From Gemmatimonadota bacterium (GTDB lineage Bacteria > Gemmatimonadota > Gemmatimonadetes > Gemmatimonadales > GWC2-71-9): a stretch of 64,000 bases of DNA. Below are positions 8,361 through 17,217 of this stretch, one piece after another (within the stretch, counting starts at the first letter, position 1; every line of letters begins with the position of its first letter). Both the position numbers and the translations under genes were made by a program. Where the stretch lies: contig JBGPPG010000003.1 of assembly GCA_041488455.1 (NCBI GenBank), forward strand, positions 2,445 through 66,444, given 5' to 3'. The notes beneath the pieces were generated by a model that was given only the letters and a program-made list of their open reading frames with translations, did not search any database and was not told the origin of the DNA.

Positions 8361-9416
8361 TCAGGGCCCCGGCGCCGCGCGGATCCCGACCCGGGCCGGT
8401 GCGCCCTCGTCGAGGGTGACGCGGACGGGAAGCATCCGCTCGACCACCCAAGCCACCGTGCGCAGGTGGCTCGAGAGCCGCGGGCAGGTGAAGGCCGACG
8501 GCGTCTCGGCGACGGCCAGGAACGGGATCAGCTGGTCGGCCAGATGATCGTCCCCGTTCGCGCCGGTCTGCAGGTAGGCGAGGAACGGATCCACCGCCTC
8601 GTCCGCCACCGCTTCGGCCCGGACCCCGCGCCGGCCGAGAGCAGAGAAGCCGGCGAGCGCCGACTCACCGGTGGCGGTCAGCATCGTGAGCGTCCCGGGC
8701 CCGAGCGCGGTCCGATCCTCCACGAGCGTGATCGTCGCCGGCAGCCCGGCGGCCGCGAGCCGATCGAGCACCCGCGCCTGCTGTCGCTCGGCGATCGAGC
8801 GCGGGAGCCGCGACACCGCGGAGATGCCCTCGAGGGTCGGCGCGATCGCCCGCGCCCAGTGGATGGACCGCCAGGAGCTGCTGGGCGTGATCGAGACCTC
8901 GACCTCCCCTCCGCCGGCCGGATACCACCCCCAGCGGTGCAGGGTGAGGTCGGCCCGGACCCCGATGCGACGGACCGCCGGCAGGAAGACGCTGGTGAGG
9001 TAGGGCACGGGAGGGCTCCAGGGCACGTGGGTGCCGCCACGAAGCCGCAGCCGCGACGGCTCCGCGGCGAGGCTCAGCGGCAGGAGCAGGGCCTGGAAGA
9101 GGAGCGCCACGGAGCCGGCGCTGCCTCGAACGGCGCCGATATCGAACCGGTAGCTGCCGCCGCGCAGCGTCCGCGGGATGAACGTCACCTCGGTGGAGTC
9201 GAGCGCGTCGCCGGTGACTTCGGCATCGCTGATCGCGGCGAGGGCCCGGACCACCGTGAGGTGCTGCGGCTGCAGTCCGGCGCGGGGACGCCGGGCGCGA
9301 ATCTGCCGGAGCGCCACCGGCCGGCCGAGGGCGACCGACAGCGAGAGCGCGGTGCGGAGCACCTGTCCGCCGCCCTCGCCATGAGAGGCGTCGATCGCCG
9401 TCGTGGGTCCGGTCAC
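8361..9416 (-). CDS. rtcA: RNA 3'-terminal phosphate cyclase
   Basis: 351-aa ORF. IDASHGEGGGQVLRTALSLSVALGRPV is the RtcA N-terminal hallmark, and the full-length architecture is consistent. Confidence 0.9.
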   Translation of the reverse strand: MTGPTTAIDASHGEGGGQVLRTALSLSVALGRPVALRQIRARRPRAGLQPQHLTVVRALAAISDAEVTGDALDSTEVTFIPRTLRGGSYRFDIGAVRGSAGSVALLFQALLLPLSLAAEPSRLRLRGGTHVPWSPPVPYLTSVFLPAVRRIGVRADLTLHRWGWYPAGGGEVEVSITPSSSWRSIHWARAIAPTLEGISAVSRLPRSIAERQQARVLDRLAAAGLPATITLVEDRTALGPGTLTMLTATGESALAGFSALGRRGVRAEAVADEAVDPFLAYLQTGANGDDHLADQLIPFLAVAETPSAFTCPRLSSHLRTVAWVVERMLPVRVTLDEGAPARVGIRAAPGP

Positions 9417-9475
9417 GACCGTACAGTAACCGACTCGGCGCGGCGGTGCTGCCGGCTCGGATGCGCAGGCCTTCG

Positions 9476-10672
9476 ATGAGTCTCGTGATCGAATCCATCG
9501 GCGGGACGCCGGTCGCGCGCCGGCGGATCGAGATCGTGGAGCGGAAAGGACTCGGACACCCGGACACCATCTGCGATTCGGTGGTGGAGGCGATCTCCGT
9601 CGCGCTCGGCCGCCTGTACCTCGAGCGCGCCGGCGTCATCGCGCACTACAACATCGACAAGGCGCTGCTGGTGGCGGGCCAGTGCGTCAAGCGCTTCGGT
9701 GGCGGCGAGGTGACGCGCCCCATCGAGCTGATCATCGGCGACCGCGCCACCGACGTCCTCAACGGACGCCCCCTTCCGGTCGTGGAGACGGTTCGCCACG
9801 CGGTGGACGAGTGGGTCGGCGCGAATCTCCCCGGCGTGAGACCCGGGAAGGATCTCGTCACGCGCGTGGCGCTCGCGCCCGGCTCCGAGGAGCTGCGCCG
9901 CGTCTACACGGAGGGGCCAGCCGAGATCGCCTCCAACGATACATCCGGCGCGTCCGGCTACGCGCCCCTGAGCCTCACCGAGGAGCTCGTCCTCGCCACC
10001 GAGCGATACCTGAACTCGAGGGAGTTCAAGGCCGCCTTCCCGGACACGGGCCAGGACGTCAAGGTGATGGGCGTCCGTCACGACCAGCGTCTGGCCGTCA
10101 CGGTCGCCATGCCGCTCTCGTGTCTCCACACGCGCTCGGAGGGCGCGTACTTCGCGCGGAAGGACGAGATCCTCCACGCCCTCACGACCCGCTTCGCCTC
10201 GGTCCCGTTCACCGTGGACTGGCACCTCAACTGTCTCGACCGGCGCGGGCAGGGCCTGGAAGGCGTGTATCTCACGTTGACCGGGACATCGGCCGAAGAT
10301 GCCGACTCCGGTCAGGTGGGACGCGGCAACCGCGCCAATGGGCTCATCGCCTTCTCGCGGCCGACGGGGGGCGAAGCCACCGCCGGCAAGAACCCCGCAG
10401 CGCACGCCGGGAAGGTGTATAGCGTCTTGAGTCACCGGCTGGCGCGCCTCATCCACGATCGGTGCCCGAGACTCCTCGAGGTCTACGTGCACCTGGTCGT
10501 GCGCATCGGCGAGCCGGTGGATCGACCGTGGACGGGCGTCCAGCTCCTGCTGCCTCCCGGCACCGCGCTCGAAGATGTGGAACGGGCGATCCGAGAGGTG
10601 GTGGAAGCCGAGCTGGCCCGTCTGCCGGCCTTCCGGGCCGAGCTGGTCAGGGGCGAGCATCCGGTCTGCTGA
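9476..10672 (+). CDS. archaeal-type S-adenosylmethionine synthetase (MAT, PF01941-like)
   Basis: ERKGLGHPDTICD, NDTSGASGYAP and LTGTSAEDADSGQVGRGNRANGLI match the archaeal-type AdoMet synthetase, not bacterial MetK. The start is taken at ATG 9476. Confidence 0.85.
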   Translation: MSLVIESIGGTPVARRRIEIVERKGLGHPDTICDSVVEAISVALGRLYLERAGVIAHYNIDKALLVAGQCVKRFGGGEVTRPIELIIGDRATDVLNGRPLPVVETVRHAVDEWVGANLPGVRPGKDLVTRVALAPGSEELRRVYTEGPAEIASNDTSGASGYAPLSLTEELVLATERYLNSREFKAAFPDTGQDVKVMGVRHDQRLAVTVAMPLSCLHTRSEGAYFARKDEILHALTTRFASVPFTVDWHLNCLDRRGQGLEGVYLTLTGTSAEDADSGQVGRGNRANGLIAFSRPTGGEATAGKNPAAHAGKVYSVLSHRLARLIHDRCPRLLEVYVHLVVRIGEPVDRPWTGVQLLLPPGTALEDVERAIREVVEAELARLPAFRAELVRGEHPVC

Positions 10673-10684
10673 TCGGTGACGCGG

Positions 10685-10701
10685 GGTGGGGCTGTCCCAC
10701 C
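10685..10701 (+). terminator. GC hairpin downstream of the MAT gene (weak terminator candidate)
   Basis: GGTGGG-gctgt-CCCACC lies 13 nt after the stop. No T-tract follows it. Confidence 0.25.
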
Positions 10702-10773
10702 TGAGGCGTGAATTCTTGCCCCGGGGAGCCACGCTTCTCACGAAGTTCGTTTTCTTTTCGGCCCCATAGGTGC

Positions 10774-10789
10774 AGGTACGTCACTTGCA
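10774..10789 (+). promoter_or_regulatory. sigma-54-like -24/-12 element (AGGTACG-N4-TTGCA)
   Basis: The GG and GC dinucleotides have consensus spacing, and TTGCA is a consensus -12 box. The -24 box is imperfect. The site is 16 nt upstream of the ybaK-like ATG. Confidence 0.35.
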
Positions 10790-10804
10790 AGCCCATCGGG
10801 CGTC

Positions 10805-11518
10805 ATGTACGAGCGACTGGAAGAGCTTCTCGGGGTCCGGGGCGTCCACTACGAGCTGATGCCGCATCCGGAAGCCTTCACCGCGCAGGAGGAAGCAGCC
10901 AAGGCCCACGTCTCCGGCTGGTCCTGGGCCAAGACCGTGGTGGTCAAGGACCCGGTCGGCCTCGCGCTGGCCGTGCTGCCGGCCTGCTGCACGGCCGACC
11001 TCGACCGGCTCAAGGGCCTGATCGGCCGCGGCGAGATCCGTCTGGCCAGTGTCGAGGAGATCCTGGCGGGTTTTCCCGGCTGTGCGCTCGGCGCGACCCC
11101 GCCGTTCGGGCGGCTGTTCGGCATCCCCACGGCGGTGGACGAGTCGCTGGTCGAGCAGCGCGACATCGTGCTTCCGGCCGGGGATCACCGGACCGCGATC
11201 CGGATGCGCACGGCGGACTACCTGAGCCTGGCCGAGGCCCGCCCGGGTCATTTCGCATTCCACGAAGCGCACGAGTTCTCGGTACATCCCCATCCGCGCG
11301 GCCGCGCCCCTAGTCGAAGGAGAGAGCAAACATGGCGCACAAACAGGTCCTGTTCCGTTCCGAAGCCCGCGAGCGCATCCTGCGCGGAGTGGCCGCCCTC
11401 GCCGATGCGGTCCGCGTCACGCTGGGGCCAAAGTCCAAGTGCGTCCTCCTGGAGAAGCGCTTCGGCGCCCCGGTGGTCTGCAACGACGGCGTCACGATCG
11501 CCAAGGAGATGGAGCTGA
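10805..11518 (+). CDS. YbaK/EbsC/ProX-like aminoacyl-tRNA deacylase domain protein (3' end uncertain)
   Basis: The first ~155 aa ([19 protein letters not shown]...WAKTVVVKD...GATPPFG...) look like a YbaK-type editing domain. The frame then stays open for about 80 more low-complexity codons and runs 187 nt into groEL. Confidence 0.6.
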   Translation: MYERLEELLGVRGVHYELMPHPEAFTAQEEAAKAHVSGWSWAKTVVVKDPVGLALAVLPACCTADLDRLKGLIGRGEIRLASVEEILAGFPGCALGATPPFGRLFGIPTAVDESLVEQRDIVLPAGDHRTAIRMRTADYLSLAEARPGHFAFHEAHEFSVHPHPRGRAPSRRREQTWRTNRSCSVPKPASASCAEWPPSPMRSASRWGQSPSASSWRSASAPRWSATTASRSPRRWS

Positions 11519-12957
11519 AAGACCCGGTGGAGAACCTTGGGGCGCAGATGATCCGCCAGGCCGCGGAACGCACCGGCGACGCGGTGGGCGACGGCACCAG
11601 CACGTCCACGATCCTGGCCCACGCGATCTTCGCCGACGGCGTGCGCAACGTGGTGGCCGGGGCGAGCGCGGTGGATCTGAAGAAGGGGCTCGATCGCGGC
11701 GTCCGTACGGCGGTGGAGGCGCTGAAGCTGCTCTCGCGGCCGGTGAAGAGCCGGCTCGAGAAGGCCCAGATCGCCGCCATCTCCGCCCACAACGACCAGA
11801 GCATCGGCGAGATGGTCGCCGACGCGATGGAGAAGGTGGGCAACGAAGGCGTGATCACGGTCGAGGAGTCCAAGACGACGGAGACCCAGCTCGAGGTGGT
11901 CGAGGGGCTGCAGTTCGACCGCGGCTATCTGTCACCGTACTTCATCACCGACGCGGAGAAGATGGAGGCGGTCCTCGAGGACGCCCTGGTCCTCCTCAGC
12001 GACCGGAAGATCGGCGTGATGAAGGACCTGGTCCCGATCCTCGAGCAGGCGGCGCGCGCGGGGCGCTCGATCCTCGTGGTCGCCGAGGACGTCGAGGGGG
12101 AGGCGCTCGCCACCCTCGTGGTCAACAAGATCCGCGGCTCGCTCAAGTGTGTCGCGGTGAAGGCCCCGGGGTTCGGCGACCGGCGCAAGGAGATGCTCGA
12201 GGACATTGGCATCCTGACCGGCGGGCGCGTCCTCACCGAGGAGATCGGCATCAAGCTCGAAGCCCTCAGCATCGAGGATCTCGGCCGGGCCACCCGCGTC
12301 GTGGTAGACAAGGACAACACCACCATCATCGGGGGCGCCGGCGACAAGCCCCGGATTGAGGGCCGCAAGCAGCAGATCCGGGCGCAGATCGACAAGACCA
12401 CGAGCGACTACGACCGGGAGAAGCTCCAGGAGCGACTAGCCAAGCTGTCGGGCGGCGTGGCGGTCGTCCGGGTTGGGGCTCCCTCGGAATCGGAGATGAA
12501 GAGCAAGAGGGAAGCGCTCGACGACGCCATCAGCGCCACCAAGGCGGCGGTGGCCGAGGGCATCGTGCCGGGCGGCGGGCTCGCGCTGCTGCGGGTGATC
12601 GAGGCGGTGGAGCGTGAGGAGAGCAAGTGCGAAGGCGACGAGCGCACCGGGCTGCAGATCCTCCGCCGCGCGCTCGAGACGCCGACCCGCCAGATCGCCG
12701 AGAACTCCTCGGTGGACGGCGGCGTGGTGGTGAACCAGATGCGGCTGGGCAAGGGGAACATGGGCTTCGACGCCGCGCGGAAGGAGTACGTGGACCTGGT
12801 GGAGGCCGGCATCATCGATCCCACGAAGGTGGTGCGGGTCGCGCTCGAGAACGCGGTGTCGGTGGCGAGCCTGTTGCTGCTCACCGAGGCCACCTTGACC
12901 GAGGTGCCCGAGAAGAAGGAAGATCGGGCCGGTGCGCACGGGCTCGAGGACATGTGA
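11332..12957 (+). CDS. groEL: chaperonin GroEL (60 kDa)
   Basis: 541 aa. It begins [20 protein letters not shown]...[31 protein letters not shown]...[10 protein letters not shown]. An RBS GAAGGAGAG lies upstream. There is no groES upstream and no GGM-repeat tail. Confidence 0.95.
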   Translation: MAHKQVLFRSEARERILRGVAALADAVRVTLGPKSKCVLLEKRFGAPVVCNDGVTIAKEMELKDPVENLGAQMIRQAAERTGDAVGDGTSTSTILAHAIFADGVRNVVAGASAVDLKKGLDRGVRTAVEALKLLSRPVKSRLEKAQIAAISAHNDQSIGEMVADAMEKVGNEGVITVEESKTTETQLEVVEGLQFDRGYLSPYFITDAEKMEAVLEDALVLLSDRKIGVMKDLVPILEQAARAGRSILVVAEDVEGEALATLVVNKIRGSLKCVAVKAPGFGDRRKEMLEDIGILTGGRVLTEEIGIKLEALSIEDLGRATRVVVDKDNTTIIGGAGDKPRIEGRKQQIRAQIDKTTSDYDREKLQERLAKLSGGVAVVRVGAPSESEMKSKREALDDAISATKAAVAEGIVPGGGLALLRVIEAVEREESKCEGDERTGLQILRRALETPTRQIAENSSVDGGVVVNQMRLGKGNMGFDAARKEYVDLVEAGIIDPTKVVRVALENAVSVASLLLLTEATLTEVPEKKEDRAGAHGLEDM

Positions 12958-12963
12958 GGGCGG

Positions 12964-13620
12964 ATGATGCTCGTCCGGGACATCATGCAGACCCACCCGG
13001 TCAGCGCGACACTGGAGACGCGCCTGCCCCACCTGCTGCGCCTGCTGCAGCGGCGCGGGTTTCGCCACCTTCCGGTCGTGGATTCAGGCAAGCTCGTCGG
13101 CATCATCTCCGACCGTGACCTCAAGCAGTCCATGATCTCGGCCGCCTCGACGACCGAGGGATCGGAGCGCGATCGGCTTCTCGACGAGCTCACCGCGGGA
13201 CAGATCATGGCGCGCGCAGTGGTCACGGTCGGACCGACGATCGGCGTCGACGAGGCGGCCAGGCTCATGGCGACGCGGAAGATCAGCGCGCTGCCGGTCA
13301 CCGAGGGAGACCGGCTCGTCGGCATCGTGACGGAGACCGACGTGCTCCAGCTCTTCGTGCGGGCCATGGGGGTCCTCGAGCCGTCGAGTCGCCTGGACGT
13401 GATCCTGCGCGATCAGACCGCCGGGCTGGGCGAGGTGGTCCGGGCGGTCGAGGAGGCCGGCAGCCGGATCTCCAGCGTGATGACGCTGGCGATGCCGACC
13501 GGTGAGCGGGAAATCGTGCTGCGCCTCGCGACGATCAATCCGGGGCCGGCGGTGAAGGCGCTCGAGGCGAAAGGCTTCGTCGTGAGGGATGCCGCTCGCG
13601 GCGCGCCCGCGGGGCCGTGA
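12964..13620 (+). CDS. CBS-pair domain protein with C-terminal ACT-like domain (AcuB-like)
   Basis: Two CBS repeats are present (HLPVVDSGKLVGIISDRDL; ALPVTEGDRLVGIVTETDV). They are followed by an ACT-like SRLDVILRDQTAGLGEVVRAVEEAGSRISSV segment. Confidence 0.8.
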   Translation: MMLVRDIMQTHPVSATLETRLPHLLRLLQRRGFRHLPVVDSGKLVGIISDRDLKQSMISAASTTEGSERDRLLDELTAGQIMARAVVTVGPTIGVDEAARLMATRKISALPVTEGDRLVGIVTETDVLQLFVRAMGVLEPSSRLDVILRDQTAGLGEVVRAVEEAGSRISSVMTLAMPTGEREIVLRLATINPGPAVKALEAKGFVVRDAARGAPAGP

Positions 13621-14555
13621 GCGCGACGAATCAGATCATCGCGGACCGGCTCCGCGAGGCCGCCGATCTTCTCGAGCAGCAGGCCGCGAACCCGTTCCGG
13701 GTTCGCGCCTACCGCGAGGCCGCCCAGACGGTCTCGGGCCTCGGGCAGGAGCTCGCCCTGATCCACGAGCGCGACGGCGTTGCGGGTCTCGACGCGCTGC
13801 CGGGGATCGGGCCGCGGATCGCTGCCGCGATCGCCGAGATGCTCCGGACGGGCCGCTGGAGCCAGCTCGAGCGGCTCCGCGGGAGCCTGGACGCCGAGCG
13901 GCTTTTCCGGGCCATTCCCGGCGTGGGGCCCGCGCTCGCCCGACGGATTCACGACACGTTGCACGTGGACACGCTGGAGGCCCTCGAGGTCGCCGCCCAC
14001 GATGGGCGCCTGGCCGCGGTGTCCGGGGTCGGCCCGCGCCGTGCCGCGGGGCTTCGCGCCGCGCTCGGTGCCATGCTGGGGCGCACCCGGCTGCGACCCC
14101 GCGAGCCGGCCAAGGAGCCGCCGGTGGCAATGCTGCTGGACGTGGACCGACAGTACCGCGACGCGGCCGACGCCGGCCGCCTCCCCCGGATCGCGCCGCG
14201 CCGCTTCAACCCGGAGGGTCGCGCCTGGCTGCCGGTCCTCCACGCCGAGCGCGATCACTGGCAGTTCACGGCGCTCTTCTCCAATACCGCCCGGGCGCAC
14301 GAGCTGGAAAAGACGCGAGACTGGGTCGTCGTCTACTTCCACACCGACACCCAATCGGAGGGGCAGCGCACGATGGTGACGGAGACATCGGGTCGGCTGG
14401 CCGGACGGCGTGTGGTCCGCGGTCGCGAGAGCGAGTGTCTGGCCGCCTACGGGGTCCCGGAGAGGAGCCAGGGCACGCCGAGCGCGAGCAACGTCAGCAG
14501 GAAGAAGGCGCCGAAGATCCCGCCGAGAGCCCAGAAGGCGGGCCGGCTGATATAG
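13617..14555 (+). CDS. helix-hairpin-helix DNA-binding protein (PolX N-terminal 8-kDa/fingers-like, no polymerase core)
   Basis: NQIIADRLREAADLLEQQAANPFRVRAYREAA plus the repeated HhH motifs LPGIGPRIA, IPGVGPALA and VSGVGPRRA. GTG 13617 overlaps the CBS stop as GTGA. The last ~36 codons overlap the convergent transporter gene. Confidence 0.6.
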   Translation: MSATNQIIADRLREAADLLEQQAANPFRVRAYREAAQTVSGLGQELALIHERDGVAGLDALPGIGPRIAAAIAEMLRTGRWSQLERLRGSLDAERLFRAIPGVGPALARRIHDTLHVDTLEALEVAAHDGRLAAVSGVGPRRAAGLRAALGAMLGRTRLRPREPAKEPPVAMLLDVDRQYRDAADAGRLPRIAPRRFNPEGRAWLPVLHAERDHWQFTALFSNTARAHELEKTRDWVVVYFHTDTQSEGQRTMVTETSGRLAGRRVVRGRESECLAAYGVPERSQGTPSASNVSRKKAPKIPPRAQKAGRLI

Positions 14556-16027
14556 CCGCTCGCGAAGTAGATCGGGGCCGGCCCCGTCGCATAGGGCGTC
14601 AGGACCCCCATGAGGCCGATGGCGTAGCACAGGAGCAGGGCGAGGGGCCGGGCCGGCAGGTCGGGCATGGCCGCGCCCGCGGCCAGGAAGACCGGCAGCA
14701 GCGCGGTCGCGTGGGCGGTCAGGCTCGCGAACATGTAGTGGGCGACGAAGAACACCATGACGAACAGCACCAGCCTGGCGGTGGGCGGCACCGATGAGAG
14801 ATCGGCGGCCATGCGGCCGGCGAACCATGTGAGGAATCCGACCCGGCCGAGCCCGTCGGCCAGCGTCACGAGGGTGGCGAACCACACGAGCATCCTCCAG
14901 GCGTCGGTGTAGCCGAGGACGTCGCGCCACGACAGCACGCCGGTGAGGATCATGAGGCAGAAGGCGATGAGCGCCGCGGTGGTCGGATTGAGCCACCGGC
15001 CGGCGAAGATCCAGAGCGCGAGCGCGAGGATCGCGATGCCCGCCATCGTCGCCTCCCGGCGGCTCAACGGGCCCATCCGCCGGAGCTCGTGGGCCGCCCA
15101 GACCGGCACCTCGCGACTGCTTGGCAGGCCGGGGGGATAGACGAGGTAGACGACCAGCGGAAGGGAGAGGAAGAGCACGAGGCCCACGGGCAGGAACCCG
15201 ATAGCCCACTCGGTCCACCCGACGCGGATACCCGCGCTGTCCCGCATCAGCGAGACCGCGAACAGATTCGCGGCATTCGCGGTGAGAAACATGGAGCTCG
15301 TGATGCCGGTCACCGCGAAGGCCGTCCACATGAGATAGGCGCCGATCCGTCGCGCGCTTCGCCCCGGCGAGGAATCATAGAGAGAGGGGATGCTCTTGAT
15401 GATCGGATAGACCATTCCTCCACTCCGGGCGGTATTGGAGGGCGTGAAGGGAGCCAGCACGAGGTCGGCGAGCGCGACGGCATAGCCGAGGCCGAGGGTC
15501 CGGCGTCCGAGCCCGCGCACCAGCCCCAGCGCGATCCTCCGGCCCAGGCCGGTCTTCTCGTAGCCCAGCCCGAACATGAAGGCGACGAAGATGAGCCACA
15601 CCGTGCTGTGCGAGAAGCCGGACAGCGCCCATCGAATCGCATCGTCCGGCGACGGCGCCACGAGACTGAGGGCGGTGGCGGTCGTGATCCCGAGAATCCC
15701 CACGACGGGGCCGGGCAAGGGCTCGGTGATCAGCGCGGCGACCACGGTCGCGAACAACGCGAAGTACCGCCAGGCCGTGGGCGACAGGCCGGACGGCGGG
15801 GGACCGAGCAGGAGGGCCGCCCCGAGAGCAAGGGGGATGAGCGCCCGGACGAAGCGAATCGCTAGTCCCCTGTTGGCATGGCGCCCGATTCTCCGCCGCT
15901 GATGCGCCGTCTTCAAGGCCCGGCCGGGATGCTGGGACCGGGGTGCCCCAGAGGCTCCGGACTGAGGCCCGACGGTCCCAGCTCCAAGGGCCCGACCCTC
16001 GGGAAAACGGTACGTTGCCAGTGGCAT
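14447..16027 (-). CDS. DASS/SLC13-family anion (dicarboxylate/2-oxoglutarate-malate type) transporter
   Basis: The ORF is polytopic, with GLSPTAWRYFALFATVVAALITEPLPGPV and the repeated hairpin-type SNTA/ANAAN regions typical of DASS permeases. The start is set at Met60 of the track ORF and is uncertain. Confidence 0.8.
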   Translation of the reverse strand: MPLATYRFPEGRALGAGTVGPQSGASGAPRSQHPGRALKTAHQRRRIGRHANRGLAIRFVRALIPLALGAALLLGPPPSGLSPTAWRYFALFATVVAALITEPLPGPVVGILGITTATALSLVAPSPDDAIRWALSGFSHSTVWLIFVAFMFGLGYEKTGLGRRIALGLVRGLGRRTLGLGYAVALADLVLAPFTPSNTARSGGMVYPIIKSIPSLYDSSPGRSARRIGAYLMWTAFAVTGITSSMFLTANAANLFAVSLMRDSAGIRVGWTEWAIGFLPVGLVLFLSLPLVVYLVYPPGLPSSREVPVWAAHELRRMGPLSRREATMAGIAILALALWIFAGRWLNPTTAALIAFCLMILTGVLSWRDVLGYTDAWRMLVWFATLVTLADGLGRVGFLTWFAGRMAADLSSVPPTARLVLFVMVFFVAHYMFASLTAHATALLPVFLAAGAAMPDLPARPLALLLCYAIGLMGVLTPYATGPAPIYFASGYISRPAFWALGGIFGAFFLLTLLALGVPWLLSGTP

Positions 16028-16050
16028 GTCGCTTGCGACGAGCGGAGTCC

Positions 16051-17217
16051 ATGACACCCGGAGGGCAAGAGAGCGCGCCGCCGGGGCCGGCCCCGGCGCG
16101 CCCGCTGCCGGGCTCGGGCCGGGCGCGCCGCTGGCTGGCGGGCGGCGCCATCGCGCTGGCGCTCGGGCTGCTCGCGACGTTTGCCGCGCCCCGGATCCTG
16201 TCATGGCTCCGTCCGGCGGCGCCGCCCGGACTGCTGTCGGCGAGCGGCCGGATCGAGGGACGCATCACGACGCTCACGCCGAAGACGGGGGCGTGGGTCG
16301 TGGCCCTGCACGTGGACGAGGGCCAGGCGGTACGCCAGGGCCAGCTCCTCGCGACACTGGATGACCGCGCCCAGCGTGAGCGGGTGCGGGCGGCGGAAGA
16401 ACAGGTCAACGCGCTGGCCCGGAAGCTCGTCGCGGCCAATGCCCAGCTCGAGATGATCGAGCGGCAGACGACACTCCAGACCGAGCAGGCCGCGGCGGCT
16501 CTGCGCGAGAGCGAGGCCCGGGTGCGGCGCACACGCGCCGGCCTCCGGCAGGCCGAGCGCGACGCGCAGCGTGCGGCCGTGCTCGTCGCCAAGGAGCTGA
16601 TCGCCCCGCAGGAGGGCGAGCACGCCCGGCTCCGCGTCGAGGTCGAGGAGAACGCGGTCAAGGAGGCGGAAGAGGCGCTCGTGAGCAGCGAGAAGCAGCT
16701 CGCCCTCGCGCGTGTGGGCCTCCAGCAGATCGAGATCGTGCGCGCGGAGCGCGACGCGCTGGCGCGGCAGCGCGCTCAAGGGGAGGCCCAGGTCGCCGAG
16801 CAGCGGAGCCACGTCGCGGACTTCGCGGTGCGGAGCCCGATCGATGGCCGGGTACTCACCCGCACCGTCGAGCGCGGTGAGCGCGTGGAAGCCGGCACGC
16901 CGCTCTTCACCCTGATCGATCTCGATCGACTCTACGTGAAGATCTACGTGCCGGAGCCCAGCATCGGCAAGGTGGCCCTGGGGCAGGAGGCGCGGGTGTC
17001 CGTGGACGCCTACCCTGGCCGCGCGTTCCCGGCCCGGGTGAGCCGGGTATCGCAAGAGGCGGAGTTCACCCCCAAGAACGTCGAGACGCGGGAGGAGCGC
17101 GTCAAGCTGGTGTTCGCGGTCGAGGTCGCGCTCGGCGAGAATCCGGGGGGCGTGCTCAAGCCCGGGATGCCCGCCGACGCGGTGATCCGCTGGCAGGCGG
17201 ACGCGTCGTGGCGGTGA
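16051..17217 (+). CDS. HlyD-family membrane-fusion/periplasmic adaptor protein (YbhG-like)
   Basis: It has an N-terminal TM segment, a beta-barrel/lipoyl-like GRIEGRITTLTPKTGAWVVALHVDEGQAV, a long coiled coil, and a C-terminal EAEFTPKNVETREERVKLVFAVEV. Confidence 0.85.
   Translation: MTPGGQESAPPGPAPARPLPGSGRARRWLAGGAIALALGLLATFAAPRILSWLRPAAPPGLLSASGRIEGRITTLTPKTGAWVVALHVDEGQAVRQGQLLATLDDRAQRERVRAAEEQVNALARKLVAANAQLEMIERQTTLQTEQAAAALRESEARVRRTRAGLRQAERDAQRAAVLVAKELIAPQEGEHARLRVEVEENAVKEAEEALVSSEKQLALARVGLQQIEIVRAERDALARQRAQGEAQVAEQRSHVADFAVRSPIDGRVLTRTVERGERVEAGTPLFTLIDLDRLYVKIYVPEPSIGKVALGQEARVSVDAYPGRAFPARVSRVSQEAEFTPKNVETREERVKLVFAVEVALGENPGGVLKPGMPADAVIRWQADASWR

Noticed and set aside
9417-9475. 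A sigma-54 box upstream of rtcA on the minus strand (cGGCAg-N-ccGCg).
   Set aside because: Only the GG-N10-GC skeleton matches. The flanking consensus positions do not match, and such skeletons are expected by chance at this GC content.
11250-11331. A CIRCE/HrcA operator (TTAGCACTC-N9-GAGTGCTAA) upstream of groEL.
   Set aside because: No match was seen in the 80 nt upstream. That region is occupied by the open YbaK-like frame and a plain RBS.
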